From Folioceros fuciformis (taxonomy: Eukaryota), in NCBI GenBank assembly GCA_049999805.1, contig JBNGIO010005980.1, positions 46,061 through 66,060 of the forward strand: 20,000 nt of DNA, written 5' to 3'. A model generated the notes under the pieces. That model searched no databases, had not been told where the DNA came from, and saw only the letters and a program-made list of their open reading frames with translations. This document shows positions 11,886-20,000 of the stretch, piece by piece. Positions within the stretch are counted from its first letter, which is position 1. Every line of letters begins with the position of its first letter. A program made the translations under genes and the position numbers.

Positions 11886-12056
11886 TAGTTAAAAAGGTAT
11901 ATTTAAGAAGGTTTCTTGATTGAACATGAAGTTTTCAAGTGCAATTGCGTCGGTAGACCAGCGCACTCCTACAGTTAAGTGAGTATTTTTAAGAAAGTTT
12001 TTTGATTGGAAATGAAGTTTTCAAGTGCAGGTGCTTTGGTCTACCGGCGTAATCCA
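11885..12056. repeat. Diverged 86-bp tandem duplication at the SPPL-fragment/Sec61-fragment junction
   Basis: ATGAAGTTTTCAAGTGCA at 11926 and 12012 with similar flanks (TTTAAGAA(G/A)GTTT..TGATTG). Each unit ends in a GC-rich imperfect hairpin. Confidence 0.8.
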
Positions 12057-12058
12057 TT

Positions 12059-12505
12059 TACTCTATGCCACAGACATGATTACTTTTGGACTGCTCCAAC
12101 ATCTTAGGGCAACACAACCACAACGATGGTGATATTAACACCAATATTGTTGTCCTCATGGATCATTTGTTCAACCCTTACCGAAAATGCCACATAAGGC
12201 AGCACTATAAATGGAAAGTAGGAATATGCATTCATGCTAGTAACCAACAAAGCAATGAAAATCACCACCTTATTGGTTATTGCTAACTACCCAAGGCCTT
12301 GCTAGGGCTGGATGTGTAATCTAAAGACCAAAAGGTCCAATTATCCCTCTTAACTACATGGTATTTTCTAGAATCTAGAAATAAAATTTCAGATACACTT
12401 GCTTACCAAGCCTCATTACCTTTGGTGTAATATTTGTGCACTATTTCACATGATATGCAACGAAGAGATGTGTACTATGCTACAATTATTTCCTCCTTCC
12501 CATTC
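12059..12505 (-). pseudogene. SPPL: Decayed duplicate of SPPL exons 2-4 (PA domain)
   Basis: Aligns by eye to 4661-5135. Exon 2 end HSTHLFVAYHVK*CTNITPK|gt versus [19 protein letters not shown]. Exon 3 KRDNWTF...VVSNNQ*|gt. Exon 4 MIHEDNNIGVNITIVVVVLP*DVG versus [24 protein letters not shown]. Intron positions are conserved. Confidence 0.8.
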
Positions 12506-13730
12506 AGACATGAGGGCCTTATTGGGTATGGATAAGTCCAGCAGGATGAGCTAATTTTGGATTACCATGTTACTTTAGCTTGCCTATAAAACCTCTGCAA
12601 GCACAGGTGCATTACTATGAAACATTAAATTTTGGGGCACTGGTTTAGTTTGGTATTTTGGGGCNNNNNNNNNNTTTTTTCTTTTATTTTTAATTTTATT
12701 TCCTTTTGATTTTTCCCATTCCTATTATCAGTTAGGTGAAGGATGGTGTTGTCACCATGATGGGAACAGATGTGGTACCAAGCCTAAGGAAACTTGGCTT
12801 TGGTACCGGACCAAAGGTTTGGCTTAATATTAAGTTCGGATATAGGTTCAGTTTTTGGCTCAGTAGTATTGTTTTTAAATAAAAAGCTTAGATAATATTC
12901 AATATTAATTTCAAAAGTTTATTAATCGGCTACCACAGTAGGGGATCAACCGGCTGTCTGGCGGCACTAACGTTTATGTCATGTATTGGAGATTCATCTC
13001 ATGCAACATGTCCGATATCTTATGCAGCGTGTCCGCTAGGGAACATGAGGAAGCTGGGAGCCGTCAGTCTGGCCAACCCCGGCGAAGGCCTACCTATGGG
13101 GAGAATCGGAGACGAGTGCCCATAAGCGACCAGGTGGGATTAGCGCTATGCTCCAGGAATTGAGCGCCCCAGGGAATTGGGCGCTGCAGATCGATGAGTG
13201 CCAATGGAACTAAGCCTGAGCCCCGCATCTGCCTGTCCTGATGCCTCGATCCGCCCACAAGGCTCCCCGATGTGCTCCTCAGGCCAGCGTTCGTCCTCGG
13301 CTCCTGATCCCGCTGGCGCACCCACCAGCACCTGCCAGCCTGCCATCTCGCTCTGCCCCGGCGCACCAGGCAGGTCTCCACCCAGCCATTCCCATCCAAC
13401 ACGTCCAGATCCAAGCGCCACTGCAGGGAGCCGCCAAGCAGAGAAGGCGACCACCATGCTGCTCAGCCTGCGTTGATGGAGCTAGGGCGCTGTGACTGGA
13501 TTGGAATCAGCAGGGGGTCGTGCGCTAGGAGCGAGTCCGAATTCCCCTCCCCGCCGAATTTCTCCTGCTCTTTCCCTTTTTCTGCCCCTCTCGCTTCCGA
13601 ACCACAGCCCGGTGCCCATCATGACCCCGCGCGTCGAATTCCTGCAGGCCGCCAGCTGGTCCCGCATCGACGCGCTCGAATCCCGGCCCTCAGCCAGCTC
13701 CTTGCCCAGTTGCTGACTAGCCCTGTTCTT

Positions 13731-13874
13731 TGAGTCTAGAGCTCGCTGCAGACCAGCCCGGTGTGCCGCAAAACTCTGCCCCTTCTCGCCCCCTACCCCT
13801 GAGCTCTGAGTCTCGAGCTCGCTGCAGACCAGCCCGGGGCGCCGCAAAATCCTGCCCCTTCTCTCCCCCTACCC
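13731..13874. repeat. 76-bp tandem duplication
   Basis: TGAGTCT(A/C)GAGCTCGCTGCAGACCAGCCCGG...GCCCCTTCTC(G/T)CCCCCTACCC at 13731 and 13807. Confidence 0.9.
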
Positions 13875-13930
13875 AGCGCGCCCGTCCCAATCTTGCTCTA
13901 GCCCCGCTCCAGCAATTCCCTCCCCCGCGC

Positions 13931-13950
13931 TTTGGGGTTTAGGGTTTAGG
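13931..13950. repeat. Short interstitial plant telomere-like (telo-box) tract
   Basis: TTTGGGG TTTAGGG TTTAGG. Confidence 0.65.
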
Positions 13951-14040
13951 CGCAGGCGGAATAACAGTGACTGTCCAGAAGACGAGCCAGATTGACAGCG
14001 GGTCAGTGGAAGGAAAGGCCAAGGAAGCAACCTCTGAAGG

Positions 14041-14140
14041 CGGCGCCCACAAGATCTAGGAAGATCAATCAGAGAATACGGCGCCCACAAGATTCAATCA
14101 GTGAATACGGCGCCCACAAGATCTAGGAAGATCAATCAGT
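14041..14140. repeat. Three tandem copies of a 29-38 bp unit
   Basis: CGGCGCCCACAAGAT at 14041, 14079 and 14108, each followed by TCAATCAG; the middle copy lacks 9 bp. Confidence 0.9.
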
Positions 14141-14376
14141 ATTCACTCCCTTACAGTAGTTTAATTGTTTAAGATCCTTGTAGTAAAAGGTCAACCATAA
14201 TTATAGATTTATATTACTTTAATATGTATTTTATATATTAGATATTTAAAACACCTTTCCATGTAACTGAAACACATGTGACTAAAACAAAACTAAAAGT
14301 ACTAAAAACAGGGCAGTCCGCTTTTGGAAGGAGGAAAGATTCCCAATTAGTTTTGGCCCTCCCCAACCCTCCTTTC

Positions 14377-14735
14377 CAGTGCTTGTAACTCTCTGTGTAC
14401 ACCTTGTATTACAATGATTTTTGTACCACTGTGTAGATCTTGACAAGGGCTTTCTAACAAGTGTACATTCCTTGAGTTTTGTTGCATTTGAAGGGAGGTA
14501 CGTAATTTTAAAGAGTTGCTATGACATGCATCATGCAAAGTGGTTCCTGCATTGTTCAGTGCTCGTAACTCTTTGTGTACACCTTGTATTACAATGATTT
14601 GTGTACCACCTTGTAGCTCTTGACAAGAGCGTTCTAAGTATACATTTGTTGAGTTTCGTTGCATTTGTAGGGAGATACGAATTTATAAAGATTTGCCATT
14701 ATATGAATCATGCAACATGGTCCTTTACTTTGTTT
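14377..14735. repeat. Diverged tandem dimer of a ~180-bp unit
   Basis: CAGTGCT(T/C)GTAACTCT(C/T)TGTGTACACCTTGTATTACAATGATTT starts at 14377 and 14557, and similarity continues through the unit. Confidence 0.9.
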
Positions 14736-14802
14736 GATTCCATAACTTACTTCAACACGTCTTCAATTTTCATAACTCATTCTACAAACTACAATCAACA
14801 TA

Positions 14803-15609
14803 TCACAGTTTATCACTAAGCTTGAGAAGGCCGTCTCCAATTTTCCCTAGAGCTGCAACGAAACCAAGCCCTATTTCTTTATTAACTTCTACCATATTGT
14901 TCAGCATGTGAACCATGTCCTTGTTGCACTGCAACAACTCTTCATGCTTCCTTGTATCCAGTTGCATACTCTCAATATGATGTATACCTCTCTTTTCTTC
15001 AATAGCACGGAGAGCTTGGACAAATGATTCAGTCATTGTAGACAATCTGGTATCAACGGCCTTCTCCTTTAATTTTCTGCGCTTAATCCTCTCTATTGTC
15101 CATTGTTGGGGATCTATTGGAGCTTTTGATGCCTCCTCTATGGGCTCACTTGAAACATCTGGTTGAGAACCGGAGCCTGACTCAGTAGGCATCATTGAGC
15201 AACTTGAAGTATCTGGAGTCTGCAAAAAATTGGAGTCCACAGGCAATTTTTTTTCTTTCTTATCGAATGAAGGTATTTTCCAATAGTCTAAGTGACCACT
15301 TCGCATTTCATGCCAATTATAGTTAGAAATCTTCTTCCATTGTTGCTGTAACTGTTTCCACTTGGATCTGCACATGTCAAGGGAAACATTGGTGCCATGC
15401 TTCACACAATAAGCGGCTACAGCATCCCACCTCACCATTGTGGACTTCATCTTCTCCTTTACACCACCAAATGCCCGTTTCTCTTCTTTAATTCTCACAG
15501 CTGCTTGAAGCATGAGGCAATCATTGTTTTTCCAAGACATTCGTGTTGGTGGAGGTAGAGGCAATGGAGCAAAGGGAGGAGGAGGTCTATGTGGAACTAC
15601 AGAAAGCAA
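14803..15609 (-). CDS. Myb/SANT-like (trihelix-type) DNA-binding protein, PIF/Harbinger accessory ORF; 5' end disrupted
   Basis: 268 open codons with spaced Trp pattern SWKNNDCLML...RWDAVAAYC...CRSKWKQLQQQWKKI...DYWKIP..DKKEKKLP, a basic KRRK stretch and a helical C-terminus. Lies next to a Harbinger transposase. Confidence 0.85.
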   Translation of the reverse strand: MLSVVPHRPPPPFAPLPLPPPTRMSWKNNDCLMLQAAVRIKEEKRAFGGVKEKMKSTMVRWDAVAAYCVKHGTNVSLDMCRSKWKQLQQQWKKISNYNWHEMRSGHLDYWKIPSFDKKEKKLPVDSNFLQTPDTSSCSMMPTESGSGSQPDVSSEPIEEASKAPIDPQQWTIERIKRRKLKEKAVDTRLSTMTESFVQALRAIEEKRGIHHIESMQLDTRKHEELLQCNKDMVHMLNNMVEVNKEIGLGFVAALGKIGDGLLKLSDKL

Positions 15610-15820
15610 TGGAGACCCTCAACAAGATGCTGCTGAGAGGAAGGCAAAAAAAATTGCTGTGATTGAAGACGACGTTGCTAGGAATCAAGAACCAAGGGTT
15701 GATTAAATGCCATTGGAGACCTCTTAACGTGATGCTGCTGAGAGAGGAAGGCACAAAAAATTGTTGTGATTGAAGAGGAGGTTGCTGGGAATCAAGAACC
15801 AGGGGCTGATTGAATGCCAT
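15608..15820 (-). repeat. 107-bp tandem duplication of the probable 5' coding end of the Myb/SANT ORF
   Basis: ATGGCATT(C/T)AATCA(G/A)CCC(C/T)TGGTTCTTGATTCC (MAFNQPLVLDS) starts at 15820 and 15713. The second copy has CAG changed to TAG. Confidence 0.88.
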
Positions 15821-16009
15821 TGTTGATTCTGTACCTCGACACCGACACCGTGACAATCTTTGCAATGGAGAATAAACAATGTGCTAGGAACCACGTTGCA
15901 TGATTCAAACATGAACCAACTTTATAAGAAAATATCAAACTTTGGTTGAAACGAAACTACAGCCACATAGGCTTGTTTCAGAACCCTTTTATGGAGCTAC
16001 GATATAGAA

Positions 16010-17095
16010 CTACTCACTGGGATCGAAATCATGCTCTTGCTGCCACAAGATAAGGGCAAGCTGGTCTCTTAAACTTTCTCCTACGGGATGTGCAGCGCTT
16101 ACACTTGGAATTGTAATGTAGTCATGATCGTGCTAAGGGATTGTGTTCATAGCACGGTGTGCATCATTATCTTGCATATCAATAGTGATGTTATGTAGTA
16201 TACAACAGCATAATGCCAATTTGCCAACTTACTTTGGATATGGTGAAACTAGACATTTGTTCAAGATACGCCAAGTGCCTTTTAAAGGTCCAAATGCCCT
16301 TTCTACGACAATCCTGCTAGAGCTGTGTTTGTAGTTGAAGGACTCCTTAAACATGCTCAAGTTTCTGCCGGGGAAGGGAACAACGAGCCAAGGAAGTAAT
16401 GGAAAACTGGCATCACCAATTATATACTCTTAGATTCTATGAGGTCCAAAAAGCATATCAGATCCATGAAGTCGCTCCTTATCTTCTGCTAGTCAGTATA
16501 GGCTAGAATTACTAAGAACTCTAGAATCGTTTACACTTCCTGGCCAGCCAACATAAACATCAATAGCGCCTCTGCAATTTGGTAATCCACGGTGATTTCG
16601 GAAACCCATCTCGACCTTACTTGCCTTGTCTCCTGTTGGCCAATTCACATGGTGGGCTGCACGAGAGGTGAGTGACCGCACAAACCTCCACACCACCTTA
16701 GACAAGGTTGACTCAGCTACGCCAAACAATTTGGAAACTACTTTAAGAGAATCTCCAGTCCCCAATATTGTGAGAACCATAGCTACCTGTTTTGCAACAT
16801 GCAACTTACGGTTTGGCAAGGTAATGAGACTTGGAGGAGGATGTCTGGTCAAGTCAAGAGCAACAACACTACAGATGTAATTGAATGTGGTTGGGGAGAC
16901 TTTGATCATCTCTCTCCAACGGTCAAGATCTCCACTTGGAACAATTGTCATGAACTTTGCCTACCAATGAAGTGACCGTGGTTTGATGTAGTACATACCT
17001 ACCCTTCTTTGAGGCTTTCAGTACAATCGAGTTGCTATGCATACAAGCAACCACATTGTGGTGAGGAGGGTGTCTTCCTCATCTACCACTCTCAT
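16010..17095 (-). pseudogene. PIF/Harbinger DDE transposase (DDE_Tnp_4, HARBI1/ALP1-like), inactivated
   Basis: One frame of 362 codons: MRVVDEED...YIKPRSLHW*...LGTGDSLKVVSKLFGVAESTLS...LPNCRGAID/VYVGWPGSVNDSRVL...YIIGDASFPLLPWLVVPF...FNYKHSSSRIVVERAFGPLKGTWRIL...CCILHN...GESLRDQLALILW. Six internal stops and an internal deletion after GAID. Confidence 0.93.
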
Positions 17096-17223
17096 AGGGG
17101 AAGAAGAACACAAATGTAGGCACATTTTGTAGGCACTAAGCTCGATTGTAGATGTAACTGCGATGCTGTGTACTGGGCGCTTGGGATTGTGACCACAACG
17201 GCCATCATAACTGCAAGAATCGG

Positions 17224-18267
17224 GTGGTCTTGACGATTAGCCATGATCGCGCTAACATCACAGAACTATTTCTGTTTCTGAGATGCTCACGGTGGCAAAG
17301 AACTAGTTTTGAGGTGCACCACCGGGAGCAGCATTTCGTCTCGGTGAGTGCCCTTAAAAACCAGCACTTTTTGGCCACGTACATGGTGTTATGGAACATG
17401 GAAAGTGCCATAAAACTTATTTATCCAAATGGATTTGGGTACACATGGAAAGCGGCCCTAACCTCTTTGTGGACCGAAAGGGACATAGTCTTTAAAGAAT
17501 CGTCCAAATTGGATAGAGAGTGTTAAGTTTCTGGCACAGCATATCGGGACAATCAGGAGCTCCCGATTGCGGACCAGAGCGGGAGTTGTTTGTTGTGGGA
17601 ATTGAGCTTGCATCAGGGCAGATGGCTTGTAATTGTGCAAAGGGCGACCACGTCCACGGCTCGCCTGCCTTTACGGCTAGGGCATCGCGATGCAGCGGAC
17701 GACTGGGAAATGATGTGCCAACGGGAGTACATTGCAGGGTGGCCAATGGTTCCAATGAACTATTGGGAATTGTCTAAGTTCCTGGCCTTCCTACAAGACC
17801 ATGAGCACCAATGCCTACAAATGGATGGCAATCTGCAAAAAGTGCCCACACTCTACCAGCTGCATAGTTGGGGGGCAGATGGTGTGGAGTGGAGGTGGAC
17901 AAACTACTATGACAGAGCATACCGACTGGTGGAATGTCATGTCTTCAGGCATTAAGTGTTTGACACTTGGGCGATGAGTGACTACATGATATATGCAAGG
18001 AGGGTGCGACCACAATCAATCCATGACCTGAGAGTGTGGTCCGCGCAGTTGTATGCGTCTGGAACGACAACCAAGGTTGGAAGGTGGCCAGAAAGGTATT
18101 ATGTGTTGCTTGATTGTGTTCGTCTAGGGGAACTGCAGTGGAACAGACAAGCAGTGAAATTGTTCGATGAGCTAAACATGCAGACCGAAAAGCATGTTTT
18201 AAACTTCCTTTCCGGCCTTTGCGAGGAGGGAGCGACATCCCAAGATATTAGGGGGCTTAGAGGATAG
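17224..18267 (+). pseudogene. Uncharacterised ~350-codon reading frame with two TAA stops, divergent from the transposase
   Basis: Track ORFs 17224-17526, 17590-17955 and 17956-18267 share one frame, and 17527-17589 is also open. The frame runs from 17158 to 18267 with internal stops only at 17524-17526 and 17953-17955. Product is complex and Trp/Tyr-rich; family not recognised. Confidence 0.65.
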
Positions 18268-19427
18268 GGGCCGGCATGCCGGAACTTAGTGTCTACAATT
18301 GGCTCTTACAGCCATGTTGTGGTGTGCCTTGCATTCCGCATCCCGCGAGGGAGCTCTACATAAAGCGTACCTTAAACCCTAAACCAGTGAATGATCTGTG
18401 GTATGTCCTGTCTGCAAGGCTGTCATGGCATGTACCACCACGTGCACGTCACTGTGGCCATCGTGTAAACCACACCCTTTTCGTCATAGATAGTTGAATG
18501 AGGCTTGTGCTTGGCATACACCGAAGTGCAATGGCAAATATGGATGTATTGGCTTGCTGGTGAGTCTCAGGTGAATGCTGATGTCTGAACCTAACCCTAA
18601 CTAACTAAACAAAAGTGAGTGAGTGGACGAGACGAGACGGACCGGGACGTGAGGGATAAAACAAAGTAGGTCTCCCAATAGGGACATCTACTTTGTGCCC
18701 TATGACCGAAGTGGGTACAAACGTTATGTCCCTTATCTTTGCACCGTATACCAGCGCCCCTTGTCCGTATCGGTATTCCATACAACTAGAGGTAGGGCTG
18801 ACACATTAATCCTAATAACTAGTCAGATACTAGGATAGACTAATTAGTGACCTGTTGTGGAGGCAAAACCCCGGGCATTGATTGTCGACGGGTTCCACGT
18901 TTAGTGGCCACACTTGTCCCACTGTCGTTGAGACATTGGGTTCCGTTCCCACAAAGGAGCGATGGGGTTCCTTGCTGTTATGGATGGAGGGTCGGACTCA
19001 ATCGACTCGATGATGGATTTGAGGGCTCCCCTCCAGCTCCGATCAGGCGTAGGACAGGCCTCGCTGTCCAGCGGTCAGCTGCACCTCTCTTGGTGCCACA
19101 AACTCACTCCAGTCACTCCAACGACCTTGACCTCTTAGATCTGCGACTTCCCTCACTCACTCACTCACTCTCTCGCTCCAACACCAACACCAGCAACCAA
19201 CAACGACACCACTACCTTCTACACTTCCCCAAAGAAAAGAAAGAAGGGAACACACCCCCCTCCTAGATATCTCCTCCCCACAACCTTACCAGACGCCATG
19301 AAACATGACCGGCCTACAGCACTTGTCCAAATAGGGAACAAGAGTGGACAGGTCGAGAGAATGACACATCCTTTACAATCAAGAGCTAGGGGCAAGCCCC
19401 TTCACCCTGGTCATTACACCTTGTGGT

Positions 19428-19510
19428 CCTATCAGACACTGTACAACCGGCAACACGCGGCTTGCGATCCTACCAGACGTTGCACAGCCGGCAACACACT
19501 GCAGGTCCTA
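19428..19510. repeat. Imperfect ~40-bp tandem duplication in unclassified repeat-like DNA
   Basis: CCTATCAGACACTGTACAACCGGCAACACGCGGC followed by CCTACCAGACGTTGCACAGCCGGCAACACACTGC. Confidence 0.7.
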
Positions 19511-20000
19511 ACCCAAGCAAGAACAGACCATAAGAGCTCATGTAGAGAGTACCTCCAAGAGCTCACGAAGTGACAGACTGACTCCCAAAGTGAATGACTA
19601 CCTCCTCCTACAAGCTCACCTGATCTTATAGGAGCCTCTCTCTCTCTTTGACTTCACCTTTCTAACTTGATAAATATTATTTTAATAGGACCACTAGCCT
19701 AGCCGGCTGTCACCAGCCACTTATTTAGACTTCTAGCACATCCTGCCACCAATGAGCTGGCCCTACCACCATAAGGATCTACCACCTCTTAAACTATACT
19801 GAGACTTCGGAGGATGTCTGATCTTCAAAGATCTACGGACGCCGCCTCTTCCTTGCTGGATGGCCGCCCAATGAAGTGGGGCAGAATGGGAGCACGAGAG
19901 TGGGCGGGGCGGGTAGATCCAGCGCCACGGTGGGTGGGGAAATCGCTGCGCCGCCGTGGCTGGGGAAATCGGCCAGCAGCGGGTTGATGCGCCGCTCCGG

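Larger units (their letters stand above)
12750..14155. mobile_element. GC-rich repeat-containing block, possible solo LTR or non-autonomous element
   Basis: Can be bounded by TGTCAC (12750) and TTACA (14155), has internal tandem repeats and a telomere-like tract, and encodes nothing recognisable. No matching target-site duplication was seen. Confidence 0.3.
14803..17095 (-). mobile_element. PIF/Harbinger DNA transposon, internal region (termini not identified; may extend past 18267)
   Basis: Transposase plus Myb/SANT ORF is the canonical two-gene Harbinger arrangement. No convincing TIR or TAA/TTA target-site duplication found by eye. Confidence 0.85.

Noticed and set aside
11946-11975. Helitron 3' end (hairpin + CTRR)
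   Set aside because: A hairpin is present but is followed by CTAC, not CTRR, and no 5' TC end was identified.
13094-13942. Several overlapping Pro/Ala/Ser/Arg-rich ORFs
   Set aside because: Expected in GC-rich repetitive DNA on both strands; no domain motifs.
14041-14140. CRISPR-like short direct repeats
   Set aside because: The intervening sequences are themselves repeated rather than unique spacers, the context is eukaryotic, and there are no cas genes.
12932-14159. Terminal inverted repeats CCACAGTAGGGGA / TCCCTTACAGTAG
   Set aside because: Only 10 of 13 bases match, with no extension and no target-site duplication.
16010-17095. Functional domesticated ALP1/HARBI1 host gene
   Set aside because: Six stops, a core deletion, retained D-D-E residues and an adjacent Myb ORF point to a dead transposon copy.

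Overview
Land-plant (eukaryotic) genomic DNA with short spliceosomal introns and two 10-N scaffold gaps. Left to right: (1) small tandem repeats (1-1010); (2) a 14-exon signal peptide peptidase-like (SPPL, GxGD aspartyl protease) gene on the minus strand (2552-5572), with catalytic YD and GFGD intact but apparent 1-bp frameshifts and PAL changed to PTL; (3) a 5'-truncated, decayed Sec61-alpha pseudogene (6831-11885, minus) split by a truncated Ty1/copia element (gag-protease-integrase only, about 7940-10470); (4) a decayed second copy of SPPL exons 2-4 (12059-12505) just upstream of the Sec61 remnant; (5) a GC-rich repeat-bearing block, possibly a solo LTR (about 12750-14155); (6) a decayed PIF/Harbinger transposon with a Myb/SANT-trihelix ORF and a DDE transposase, and beside them a divergent ~350-codon frame I cannot assign to any family, which is the most interesting candidate; (7) unclassified repeat-like DNA to the window end. 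All family calls come from manual translation and recalled motifs; no database search was run.
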